From positions 15,128,001-15,192,000 of the forward strand of contig JBHGNT010000002.1 in the NCBI GenBank assembly GCA_043228905.1: DNA of 64,000 nt, read 5' to 3'. The stretch comes from Azolla caroliniana. Taxonomy: Eukaryota > Plantae > Polypodiophyta. Below, piece after piece: positions 50,392-62,895 of the stretch. The translations under genes were made by a program, and so were the position numbers. Within the stretch, counting starts at the first letter, position 1; each line of letters starts with the position of its first letter. Below the pieces are notes generated by a model that had not been told where the DNA came from, searched no databases, and saw only the letters and a program-made list of their open reading frames with translations.

Positions 50392-53290
50392 TGTCGTGAA
50401 GGTACGACAAAGACACGCGAACTTGAGGCAGGACCTCGGGGCCTCCGACTAGAGGATATCAAAGTCGTGCATTTATACTTTAAGAAGTAGCGGAAATGAG
50501 AAAATTTAGTAATTTTTCATTAGCAAAGAAAAGAAAATTACAATCTATCCCAATATTGTGATTACGGAAGTTTAGGCTTAAAGAGATTAATAGATAAGAA
50601 AAATTAGGGTTTTTCGAGAGATATGGCTTCCATAAGGAAAATTAGGGTTTTTCGAGAGATATGGCTTCCGTAAGGAAAATTAGGGTTTTTGGAGAGATAT
50701 GACTTCCATAAGGAAAATTATGGTTTTTGAGTTATAACCCTTCGATAAGGAAAATTAGGGATTTTGAGAAAGAGATGGCTTCCGTAAGGAAAATTAGGGT
50801 TAGGGTTTTCTCCTTGATAGATTTTTCCTTTCCCCCAAATTCTAAAATTTTCTGAGCCACTCCCCTCGTTTAGGGTTTTTCTTTGTTACCACTCAAAGAA
50901 ACACTTGCATGAAGAAACTCCAGTTTCCATTCCCCCAGTTCAGTTGCATGCGTCCCACGTGGCGTTTTCTTTAGGTGTATGGACTTCACATTCAATTTTG
51001 GCATCCCAAATAACGTTTACTTTAGCTGCATGGCTCCACGTTCAATTACGTGAAGGCTCGTGCACTACACATATTGCCTAGCCATTCTGAACAATTCAGC
51101 AATTACAATCATCCCGACCGATCTGTGCGTAGCATGCATCCTGACCCGTCGATCCCATTCCAAAATTGTTTTTAGTTCATCAACATCAGTTCGTCCAGGC
51201 AATTCAATCGCATCCGTTCGTCTGAACAGTTTGACCTTAATCATCACAACCATTATATGCTCCAAACACACAAATACAAAGTAATGGGTTCTAGGTCTAC
51301 TTATATACTGCTAGATCCGATGTTGTCCTATTTATGTGGGATATCTTACATTTCTATTTCCCATCTTCTCAAGCTTTATACTCACATAACTTGATACGTA
51401 GTTATTTCCCATCTTCTCCCGATCATGCGTTGTCGTGAAGGTACGACAAAGACACGTGAACTTGAGGCAGAACCTCGGGGCCTCCGACTAGAGGATACAA
51501 ATTTGTGCATTTATACTTTAAGAATTAACGAAAATGAGAAAATTTAGTAATTTTTCATTAGCAAAGAAAAAAAAATTACAATCTATCCCAAGATTATGAT
51601 TATAGAAGTTTAGGCTTAAAAAGATTAATAAATAAGAAAAATTAGGGTTTTTGAGAGATATCGCTTCCGTAAGGAAAATTAGGGTTTTTCTAGAGATATG
51701 GCTTCCATAACGAAAATTAGGGATTTTTGAGAGATATGACTTCCGTAAGGAATATTAGGGTTTTTGAGAGAGATATGGCTTCCATAAGGAAAATTTGGGT
51801 TAGGGTTCTCCTTGATAGATTTTTCCTTTCCCCCAAATTCTAAGATTTTTTGAGCCACTCCCTCCTTTTAGGATTTTTCTTTGTTACCACTTGAAGATAC
51901 ACTTGCATGAAGGAACTCCAGTTTCCATCCCCCCAAGTCAGTTGCATGCGTCCCACATGGCGTTTTCTTTAGTTGTATGGACTTCACGTTCAATTACGGT
52001 GTACCAAATAACGTTTACTTTAGCTACATGGCCTCCACGTTCAATTACGTGACAGCCCGTGCATCCCTACCGATCTGTGCGTCCTATGCATCCTGACCCA
52101 TCAATCCCGTTCCAAAATCGTTTTTAGTTCATCCACCTCAGTCCGTCCAGGCAATTAAGTCTCATCCGTTCGTCTGAATGGTTTGGCCTTAATCACCACA
52201 ACTGTTATATGCTACAAACACACAAATACAAAGTAATGGGTTCTGGGTCTACTTATATACTGCTAGATCCGATGTTTTCTTGTTTATGTGGGATATCTTA
52301 CAGTTCTGTTTCCCATCTTCTCAAGCTTCATACTCACATAACTGGATAGGTAATTGTTCGTTTCATATATAGTTTCAGAAGCTCTTGAACACGTCCATCT
52401 TTTAATACCAAAACATTAAGCTAATCTAAAATAATTTTTTCATTATTTTTCATATCGTGTGTGAAGAATCACAGCACATTCACCCCCACCAAACCTGCAC
52501 ATCCACCGGTATGTGCCAAGTGTAGTACCAAGTTACATCCGCCTAGTAGAAATCTTTATTCCTTCTCTGAATATTTTCCTTTCTTCATACCCTAACTATG
52601 TATGATTGAGACTGACCTTGAACCCGCTCATTGCCTACTTAGATCTCTTCCAATGCCATCACGACCACTCTTTCCACCATAGCCATGGGGACCATCCAAA
52701 CCACCAAATCCGTCGACAAAGCTTTGCATCACCACGACCGGTTGTCATGGCCTCCTCCGCCTTCCCTAACCATAACCCTTCATGCACCATGCATGTGTTG
52801 CTTTCATTTTGATCACCTTTATGGACAAGACACTTCAATCTTCCTTCTTCTGTCAATCCAAGCTTGTCTTTGTTAGGCCTTATCCGAACATCGACTTTGA
52901 CTATTCTTTGACTATTCCTTGTAGCCCATGCTTCAGGTACATGCTCACATTTAGGCCCTTAGACTACCAGATTGCATGTTTTCCGCTTCTTCCTTTTTCC
53001 GCTTCATCATATGTATTAGCTTTGACCTTCGCTTCCTCACCGCCACCTTCCATCTCTGGACTTATGTTGGTTCTCGGGCATAACTGCAGAACTCTCCGGA
53101 ACATGTGTGAAGGGATTCTCATCCTTATCAGCTTTTGCTTGTGTCATCTTGTCCATAGCCATCTCTTTGGCTATCTCTCTGTCGGACGCATCTACGTCGG
53201 CCCTTGCTTCCTCACCGGCATTGTCCTTCTCTTGGGTCTTACATTGGTTAATGCCCAAGTCTCTCGAACAAGTGTGGAGGGTGTCATGAT
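50392..53290 (-). mobile_element. Remnant of non-autonomous Gypsy L: tandemly duplicated 3' LTR (50392-~51412 and 51431-52478), PPT and E-like internal sequence
   Basis: tgtcgtgaagg starts both copies, each after gatcatgcgt; PPT cacccccaccaaacc 52481-52495; 53230-53275 matches the internal repeats of E. Confidence 0.8.
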
Positions 53291-54055
53291 AGCACTCACA
53301 TCATGCATCGAAAGGATCATGACACTCACATTATGACTCGAAAGGATTTGATTGAATCTAATATCGGTCGGACGGCTCGATGACGAAGGTTATAGTGGTC
53401 ACTTCCGAAATGGCACATGGAAATTCTACAGGGGGAACTTGATTGTGGTTTGGGTCAAGAAATAAAATACATTATACGTGATGCATGTACGACTGAGCCG
53501 AAATGAGGTAAATGCGGCAACCGACACAATCGGAGAGTTGTGGCATAAGAGGCTATCTCACATGAGTTAGAAGGGTATGGAGATGATGGCCGGAAAACAA
53601 CTCTTGCCGGAGGTGAAGAATGTGCATTTGGACAAATGTGTCGACTGCCTGGCCGACAAACGAAATAGAGCCACCTTTCGATCTAGGCCTCTGATGTAGA
53701 AGAAAACTACCTTTGAACTTTTATAGACCGATGTGTGCTATGCAGATCCAAGGTCTCATTCCGGTGGACAGTACTTTGTAACCTTCATAAATGATTATAG
53801 TCATAAGTTGTGGGCTTACGTGCAAAAGACGAAGGATCAAGTACTGAGTGTCTTCAAGGTGTTCTAGATGAGAGCCGAGAGAGAAACTGGATGGAACTTG
53901 AAGGTGGTCCGAATGGACAATGGCAGTGAATACCGAGTGCAGTTCGAGGAGAACTGTCGGTAAAACAGAATCCGGCATGAGTATATCGTGCCGAAGGCGA
54001 CAATGTTGAATGGCCTAGTCGAAACGATGAACCAGACCATCATGGAGAGAGTTGC
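53290..54055 (+). pseudogene. Decayed Copia (H/B family) GAG-pre-integrase and integrase fragment
   Basis: NLISVGRLDDEG, ELWHKRLSHM, MDNGSEY, GLVETMN read across stops. Confidence 0.8.
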
Positions 54056-54484
54056 CTCTTTAATATTCTCAAAAGTTGTTTAGGATAAAATATTTGTACT
54101 TAAATTCTTTATTCCTTTTACATTAAATGATGTTTGGGGAAATCGTGAGGCTTGTAATGGTGATTTAAGATGCACTTTAATATTGAATGGAAAATTAAAA
54201 GTTATATTGGAACTAACTAGTCATATTATTGAATGGTCAACTTCGAATACATGAAATTCATCATGACGATATTGAAATGCATGCCTTCGGAGCTTTACTT
54301 CCATGATCATGTCACGATGAAATTAAAATATCATTTCGTGCTCACAAAAGTAAGCATGGCCTACAATTAAACTAAGCTTCTACATGTTGTATTCAAAGCT
54401 AGCCAAATCCTTGCAAAGGTCATTCCATATCTCTCTTGAAAACCTCATCATCAGTACTTAGAATTCATCTCAATACTTATAGCA

Positions 54485-55036
54485 ATGGCGTCTAGATATA
54501 ACGTTTCCTACATGAAGATGATGGTACTCATGGTGCTTCTAATGGCGGCATGTGTTGCAGCAAAAAAGAAGGTGGTATTGAAGTACTACACACAACAACA
54601 ACTTGGGGTGAATGAGTTTGGGATGGTCTCAGCAGCTGTTCCTCCGGCCAAAGGCACATTCACTGGTGTTGGCCTTCAAGTGGTTTATAACTACACATTG
54701 ACCAAGACAGGAAACCCAACATCCCAAGTATTGGGCGTCATTCGCGGCACCTCTGTGGTGACCTCCAACACTGTCAATGCCACCATTTTTCTTGTCAACA
54801 CTGTTGTGCATTACGTTAATCCCAAGAAAGGGGGTCTCAAGGGCACTTTCACCACACAAGGTGAGGCCGACTTTGGTAGTGGACAACCCTTCGAATTAGC
54901 CGTGACAGGTGGCACTGGTGACTTTCGTGGCGTCTATGGCTACACTATCGCCAGCAACTTCAATTTTACGCCACCTACTGGCAACTCAACTGCCAAGGTC
55001 ACAAAATTCTATCAAACTCGCCTTTGGTGGCTCTAA
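54485..55036 (+). CDS. Dirigent-like secreted protein, 183 aa, intronless
   Basis: Hydrophobic signal peptide; beta-rich; C-terminal ELAVTGGTGDFRGVYG matches the dirigent GGTGxF motif; N-glycosylation sequons NYT, NAT, NFT, NST; intact ATG to TAA. Confidence 0.85.
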   Translation: MASRYNVSYMKMMVLMVLLMAACVAAKKKVVLKYYTQQQLGVNEFGMVSAAVPPAKGTFTGVGLQVVYNYTLTKTGNPTSQVLGVIRGTSVVTSNTVNATIFLVNTVVHYVNPKKGGLKGTFTTQGEADFGSGQPFELAVTGGTGDFRGVYGYTIASNFNFTPPTGNSTAKVTKFYQTRLWWL

Positions 55037-57449
55037 ATTATAGATGCTTGAATTATCTTCCTCATTTCTAGGATTGATAAAAAAAATACATGGCTTTAGG
55101 AAACTCTTTCTTTCATACCAATTAATATGAATTGGTGAATGCATTGTCTTCATATATGTAGGAAGATTTATTTATTTATTTATTAAGAATGAAACTTAAT
55201 ATCGTGGATCATACAAAACCATGCAAAGATCAATGTCTAGTTTCATTTCAATGATGATAAGTTATGTTACACAATGTTTCACTATAGATGCAAGATGATT
55301 GTGTTCCATATTCGAGGATTCTCATTTCTTTTGTTTAAGCATGTGAATGTGCAACAATAAACAATGGCGTATTGAACATTGGAATATACCTCTTCCCTTT
55401 AAATACATTTGTTTTTTAAATCGAGAATGAAGCCACTAATATATGTCCCACTAGATGGCTAACAAGATGGGGTATGGTGAGACCTATCAAACCACATGTT
55501 TCCACTCTACCCTAACCAAAAACATCGGGTTTCAAATTACAATGTGAAGAAATCCAAATGTCTCCTAATGTAAATCGCTAGTTTACCAAGCTCGAAAACC
55601 TTCTCCAAGTCCACATCCATCCTCAGATGTTTGGTATTGGTTGTATTTTCAATGTTGTAAATATTATTTAGATAGCAAGAAGAACCTTCACCATGTGTTT
55701 TTGAGGCATCTCAAATACTTTATGAGTCCGGAAATACTAGCTCTTGGTATAGCATGATGGTGAGTTGGCTTCTTGCAAATTTTAATCTCTCATGAGGACC
55801 ATAATAAATTAATACGCCAAGAAATATGCCAAATTTACACTCGGTATAAATGGATCAGCCCAGTAGAGTCACTCAAATCTAAAATGTTGTACTATAAGGA
55901 ACACTTCATCCACTTCTCTAAGTTAGTTTTTATTACACAACTAAAATATCTAGATATATTCTTACCAAATGCACTAAGGGTTGTCATCGATAACTTCGAA
56001 TATCGTCTCACGAACTTGATATTGAGAATGGTCGTACTAATGGGGTCCCTAGAGAGGAATGGATATGTAGATTATGTCACATAGAAATAGAGGTGAGTAC
56101 CACTTTACATGCAAGTGTCCAACTTACGCCGAGATAAGGGAAAAATACCAAGACATATTCGAACCTTCTCCCACCCTCTCCAAACTATTAGATACTCTAG
56201 ATATATAGAAGTTAGGTAGATATATCTTAGAGCTAAAACAACATAGAGAGAATAAACTACAAAATATTAACAATAACTTTTCTAATATTCACCAACATGT
56301 AGCCAATGAAGTTTTTCATGGACAGGGGAAGACGATGAATGTGGACACAAATGCACCACTCGTCCACTTCCTTGATGAAGTAGAAAACCAAAGAAGAACC
56401 AAGCGCCCTCAGATGTCGGGTTTCAAAGCAACTCAACGTGGTGTAGAACCAATTAAGAAAATAAGGAAACGTGAGCTACACCGCCTAGAAGCCCCGGTTG
56501 GGGTAGTTGTATAATGTAATAGTTGCATTATATGACAGTTACAAAAGAAGATCGTTACATTCTTGTTCACATGCACATAATTGTGGATGTGTTCATACAT
56601 ATATTTATCCTCACTCACACTCGTATACATTACGCATATACCACAACCCCTTTATCGCGTTTGACCCTTACACCGCCCCATACACTCCTATGAGTAACAG
56701 ATGCCACGCCTGTGGGACAATGCATTGCAAGGTGAACCCAGTTGCCATGTCAACTCTTATAAACCAAAACTCTATCGGTCGTCTCGTTGGTCGAAGATCC
56801 CTCGACCGAATCACAGCTCCACGATCGATAACTTCGATCAGAGGTTTGCTTGACCCAAACCTTCTCATTCGGTCAACACATCTCTCAGTTGGATCACACA
56901 CCAATCGGCTCATCCGCTACGGCATGGGTCGTAAAGTCGTTGCGTGTATGTGTATTCTCCGGTTTCTTAATGTGAGGTGGTGAGTTTAATGTTTTGTACC
57001 CCTTGGTCTTTGATATTTTCATTTTTTACCCTCTCATTTTTGAAATTTTATCATATGCCCTTATGAAATTTAGTTGTATGCCCTCTTGTTTTCGAAATTT
57101 TGTTTTCTACCCCTTTCTTTTTGTTCTACTTTCTTTCCTTGCTTTCTTCTTCCTCTTTTGTCGTCGAATTCTTTAATTTCTTGACATGCTCATCTATGAC
57201 AACCTCCGCTTTTTTTCCTTTCCTGCGTAATCTCGAGCTTCATCTCATGGCTTTACCCATTCTCTCCTCTTTGCCTTTTCTCTTCCTTCTTCTTCTTCGT
57301 CACCTTTTTCTTCTTCGTCTTCTCTCTTTATCTCTTCTTCTTCTTTTTTCTTTTTCGATTTCTTCTTCTTTCTTGATTTTCTCCTTCTTTACTTCATATG
57401 TTGAGCGGAGTACTTTTGTTTGTCTCTATCTTCTCTCTTGATCTCTTTC

Positions 57450-58687
57450 CATCGCCATCTCCATCTTCGTCCATTGCCCGTCGTTATCCATCAGTCGGCT
57501 CTAGGACCGTCTATCTGTCTCTATGTCCAGCTGGTTCTGTCCCCCATTTGTTTGACCGTCTCTCTATTCGACCGGTTGTCTGACCGCCTATTTGGCTCCA
57601 TGCGCCGGTCGTCGCTATTTGATGGTTGTCCGATGATTGTTGGCTATCCAACCAGCTATCCAAACTGTCTTTACAAGCATCGCCTTTCGGCGGCCGGCTT
57701 TGTCATCATCTGTTCGCTTAGTCAGACGTCGGTGGTCACTATATGTGTGGCCCGTCAACCAGCTCTACTGCTCGTCGCTGTCCACTGGCCTCAGTCTCGA
57801 TTTTCAGGTCAGATTTCTCTATCCGTCCTTCATTTGTTGGCCGTCTCTTAGTCCGGCCAACTAGCCGGTTGTTGGTTGGCCCACATTGAGCTTGCTCATG
57901 CAACCCTCTACCTCAAGCTCACTTTCAGGTCGATCTTCTATGTCAGCATCCGCCGATCCTTGTCTCCAGCTCCTCCTAGCATCTTCACGCCTTGCTCAAG
58001 CTCCTTGACTCGTCTGGTCCCGCGCATCTCGGCCTCCTCGATTGGCTTGTCCGCTCATCATGCCCATCTCAGCTCCCTTGTTGTTGTGATATTGACGCTT
58101 CTTGACCCGTCGGCTCCTCCGTGTCAGCATCGACTTTAATGGCCCTCTTGCTCGATCAGCCTTTATGTGATTCAACTCATCCGAATCAAACTACTCGACT
58201 GAATTAGTTGCCTCCGATTCGTTCGCTCTCGTGTCCGAATTGGTTGTCTCCAATTCTTCTTCCTTTTCCAGGCCCTTTACCACATCATGTTCTGGTCCTC
58301 GTCTTTTTTTTCGGTCGACTCTATCTCTTTTGCTTCCTGTTCCAACTCTTCAGTCGATTTCGCATCTAATTCGGCTTTCTCTTGTTGCTCTCCCCTTGTT
58401 GTTCCACCTATTCTCCCCCTCAAGGGCCGCACGTGGAGATGTTGTAAACCAAGCATCTCTGAAAAGTGCTATAACTTGTCTGATCCGAGCGCCGTGGTGA
58501 AGATGTCGACCACCAGCCGATCCATTCAAACATACCGGAGTTTGACTTCACCACTCAAGACCCACTAGCACACAAAGTGATAATGCACTTCTATGTGCTT
58601 CATGTGAGCATATGGAAAACGGGGTTCTTTGCCAACTGCATGCTATTGATGTTGTCGTAGTAGATTGGGATCGGAGTGGGAACATCA
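57450..58687 (-). pseudogene. 3' end of a Copia A-lineage element: RNase H end plus downstream tail
   Basis: SMQLAKNPVFH, KHIEVHYHFV, HFSEMLGLQHL, LRGR (ttgagggggag at 58413-58423), tail homologous to A; left limit approximate. Confidence 0.75.
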
Positions 58688-59650
58688 TGTTAGGAATATG
58701 CCCCTCCTATGGGAGCAGCCAACTGGTCAGGCCAAGTACTGACAATCGAAGACATGAAGAGTTGATTGGGGGAGTCAACAGTAGGATAGTCTAAGTCGAA
58801 AACACGACCAACTAGTTGGGTTGACCGGATTGTAGAAGACAAGGTCGACTAGACAATTGACACTGGAGTCGACTAGTCGATCAGTCGGTTGAATAACTAT
58901 TATTGTTATAATAGGAATGACAGTAGCAGTGGCAACATTTGTAAATAGCCTATACGATGTATAAGTATAAATATACTTAGGGAAAACATAGTGAGTGTAA
59001 AACAAAATAGTTGTGAACCTTTGCTGTTGAGTGTGACAGAGAAGAGAGAGTGGCAGCAAAGTTCAATGAACTTGCTAAGAACCCTAAGCCGGTTATCCTC
59101 TGTGTGCATCAGAGAAGATTGTAAGCGTTTTCTGTATTCGCTTGTATAGTGGATCTCTATTTATCGTGTGGTTTTTTCCCGGTTAGGGTTTCCACGTTAA
59201 ACACTGTGTATCTTGTTCATTTTGTTGTTGTTTTTTCTGTTTCCGAGTTGTGTATTCTCGGCATATCTTTCTCATGAACATTCGATTTGAATTCAACAAA
59301 CTGGTATCAGAACAAAGTTGAAGATGGATGGACGTGTGAGCAGTTTCCCAGGCATTATAGTTCTAAACTCTCAGAACTATGCGGATTGGAAGATAAAGAT
59401 GGAGGACCTTCTCATAGTAAAAAACCTATACGAGTAAATCGACAGAGCAGAAATACCCACTAGGGGTATTAGAGTCAGAATGGAAACTTCTTAACAAAAA
59501 GGCGATGGCCACAATCTGACAATGCGTCAATGTGAGAGTCCTTCTACATGTGGCGAACGACACAAATGCCTATGATGTGGCAGAAGCTATGACGCTTATA
59601 TGAGATGAAGAATGTCGTCAACAAAACAGCCCTGATGAGTGTAAAAGTAT
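58688..59650 (+). mobile_element. Copia 5' end: LTR 58688-59298, PBS 59302-59311, gag N-terminus
   Basis: tgttagg..ttcaaca; tggtatcaga; LNSQNYADWKIKMEDLL. Confidence 0.85.
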
Positions 59651-59675
59651 TTTTAGAATTCAAGCCATTGAACGT

Positions 59676-60239
59676 TGTCGTGAAGAAAACCGGCCATATG
59701 CGGAATCGGAAGAAAAGGCGCATGAACCGGCTCTTACACGGATGGATGCATGAATTGCTATCTTGATATTGATTCCTAAATGGATCAGCGGATGTAAATA
59801 CCAAGTAGTACACATTTATTAGGGTATTGTGCGTATCTTTGTCAGGAGGAGATGGGGAATAAAGCGATTTGACTACGGAAAAAGGGGCACCCCCTTTTGG
59901 GAGTTATTTAAAGCGAGGTAAGAAGGAGAAGAAAGGGGGGCGTGTTGGCGAGGACGAAGTGCTGCTCCAGAACCGAGTGCCGCTCTCTCTCTCTCTCCTC
60001 AAGTCATCGTTCTTTGCGGGTGTCGGGAGTTCGCTGCCTCTGCTTCGTGGACAGCCCGTGTGCTTCCAGCAGAGTCTCTCTCCTTCCCCTTTCCCCTTTG
60101 TTTCTTTGAGTCGTGTGGCTATCGTCGGTGTGCGTGAGTAGGACCCCGTGTCGGGTCCTTTATCGGGTTGCCGGTTGTAAGCTATTGACTATAGTAATCG
60201 TATTCCTATTTTCCTTGCTCTTGATCTCTCTCTGTGTAC

Positions 60240-60302
<63 letters not shown>

Positions 60303-62895
60303 TGGTCCGAGACCACCGTGGTCCTGCCTCTTTCAACACGCACGCGCGTAACAACGCGACATATTTGGTGAACCCGACGTGAAACGGGCAGCAAAGGAGT
60401 CGAAAGATGAGGGGATCGGAGCTAGCAGAGGCAATGGCGGTAGCCGTCGACCGGCTGGTAAGCGCTCGCGAGGGGACGGGTACCCTCAAAAGAGCCATGG
60501 AATCGATCGTCAGCATTATAGGCCAGTTCGGAGGGAAAGACGCCACAAGTTATTTGGAGGCTTACGGGGCCGAAATGATCATGAGGGATATCCCGGTGGA
60601 CAGGCGGCTGTCCGGATTCCCTCGGGTGGTGACGCCGAGCATCCATGCGGAGGTGCTTGAGGTGCTGGCCGGATGTCAGACTTGGGAGGAGTTCCAGTTG
60701 CGGCTCCTTGTGAAGTACGGGTTTGACAACTCACTTCGGCTGACGAGGCCGGACTTCATGGTGTGGGTGGAAAGCCCCGGAAAAGGGAGGAACATGTCGG
60801 TGCTCCTCCAGGAGTTCGAAAAACGGTTCGCGCGGCTGTCGACGCTGGACCGGACAGTGCTCGAAACGAGTCGAGTAGTACTGTTTGTCAAGTCCCCTAT
60901 TGGAAACGGACGAAGGGCTCATGGCAGACTAGGCCGTGGTAAAACAGGTCTGTGGCCGTTTCAACAAACGACGCGATTGGAGCGACGGAAGCTCGTCGGG
61001 GTCAGGGCTGGTCCCGGGGAGGAGGCTCGAGGAGCCGGTATCGGTGCCGGCCGGTAGGAAGGAAGAGACCCGAATCTGGTTAGAGTTGGGATCGGCATCG
61101 AATGACGTGGTCAAACGCCCATCCGGAGGAGCGGCTCTGGAAGAGCTGACGCATATGGTGCGTGACCTGCAGATCACGCAGGCCCGGAGAGACAACGGCG
61201 AACAACCTCACGACCGGAGGCTGCTGGCTGGGCAGCAGTGCATGTGGTGTGACGCGATCAGTCACATTCGGAAGGATTGCGCGGATTTCGCCGATGCGCT
61301 CAGGACCAACGTGGTGTACCTCTAGAACGGGCGGGTGCACGCGAGTGAGACCCGGAGAGCCCTAGAGCTAAATACGGGGCGCGGCGGAATGAAGAGGTTG
61401 ATGGAAGAGGTCGCGGCACGGCACGTTGAAGCCGTTAACTACTTAGTGTCGGCGGGAATTCGGGTCGGGGGTGATGAGACCCGGAAGGCGAAGGACTCCG
61501 GATTCTGGTAGCTAGTGCTAGAAGGCCTCTCCGGAGTTCGGCTGAAGAAGGAAGAGGCAGACTGTGCGGAACAACGGGTCCAGGAGGTCACCGGTTGGGA
61601 CGATCCGGTCGAAGAGAAAACGGGCTTCGTAGAAGCGGCTTGCCAGAACTACGAGGTTTTGGTGGAGGACAAACGGGCAGGAAAGGTCGGAGGGGTCGGT
61701 CCCCCACAGAGGTATGAGACCCGGTTTGGACCGAAACCGACCGGTGCCGGCAACCCAGGTGCGCCGGACGGAAAGAAGCAGGTGGGGTTTCGGTTAAGCA
61801 CCGAAATCGAGAGGACCACAGACCTGCGAAAGGTCCTGGAGGAACGTATCCTCGACAGCAAAGTGGAGCTATCGCTGAGGGAGGTGCTCAGGATTGCCAA
61901 GAAGGAGTTCCACGACTCCATCGTAGACTTGGTGAAGAGGAAACGGCTGTTGACGAGGCCGGAACCAGAGAAGCCGGTGGAGGTGCGGACCACGCACTTG
62001 GAAGACGCGGCCCTAGAAGACGAGTTGGCGGAAAGCCACTACACGAAGCCGCATTGGGCCAGGGAAACTACGGAAACCCCCGTACGGATCGGCAACGTTC
62101 CGGAACCGGTGGTGGCCTTGGTAGACCATGGATCCGAAATCAACCTGATGTCCATGGATTTCTATAAGAGGGGTAAATGGCCAATCAACACCAAGCATGG
62201 CTGGAAAATATGGGCGGTGACACGCGCCACGGAAGAACTACATGGAGCCGGTCCGAACGTACGGGTGAGAATCGGCGATGTCGAGATCGACCAGCACTTC
62301 TTCATGCAGGAGACATCCTCGCATCCGGTTATACTAGGAGAGCCATACATTACGGCAGCACGGATGGAGACCAAGGTGCTAGACAACGGTTTGGCCAATG
62401 CAAGAGTCAAGAGCCAGGACGGGCATCACTCGGTACAGTTCCTGAAGGTGCGACCAAACCATGAGCGTAATTGCGAGGCCCTCGGCGGCAAAACCCGAGG
62501 GGATTTTTAGAGAGGGCTATCAAGGCGTGGGGCCGCGATAGTCCGGACACTCGGAAAAAACCCCACAAATGTACAGTAGGGAAGAAGACCTGTACCATAA
62601 GTAGGAAATTTTGGTTCTCCAACAACGGAGGTTGTACTATGGCCGACGTCAACGGTCGGGAAAGGAAGCGTGCGGAGGAGCGGCTCAGGGGATGTGGAGT
62701 CCTCTTCCCCGACGAGATCAGTGGCGCCGTGGATGCGGTCTCTTTTGATGACACCTTGGGCAAGTTGCGAAAGGTGATTGGTGAAGACCTTAGAGAAGAC
62801 CGGGCCGTTCCGGTAGGTTCGATGGAAATGTACGGAGTCATTGCGGACTTCGGGGAAAGGATCGGGGCGGATCGGACGGCCCGCGTGGATACGAA
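59676..62895 (+). mobile_element. Gypsy element M (D/G family), 5' half: LTR 59676-60361, tRNA-Trp PBS, gag-PR, start of pol
   Basis: tgtcgtg..cgcgaca; PBS 60366-60383; gag FGGKDAT, knuckle CMWCDAISHIRKDC, PR VDHGSEIN ending GDF-stop at 62510. Confidence 0.9.
60245..60300. repeat. (CT)n microsatellite in the M LTR
   Basis: Direct reading. Confidence 0.97.

Noticed and set aside
56507-56983. 158-aa ORF with CHACG as a zinc-finger gene
   Set aside because: Non-ATG start, no second Cys/His pair in a recognisable pattern, no family recognised
57100-57441. Hydrophobic membrane-protein ORF
   Set aside because: Translation of a C/T low-complexity tract
60160-60546. ER-repeat protein ORF
   Set aside because: Antisense translation of the (CT)n microsatellite
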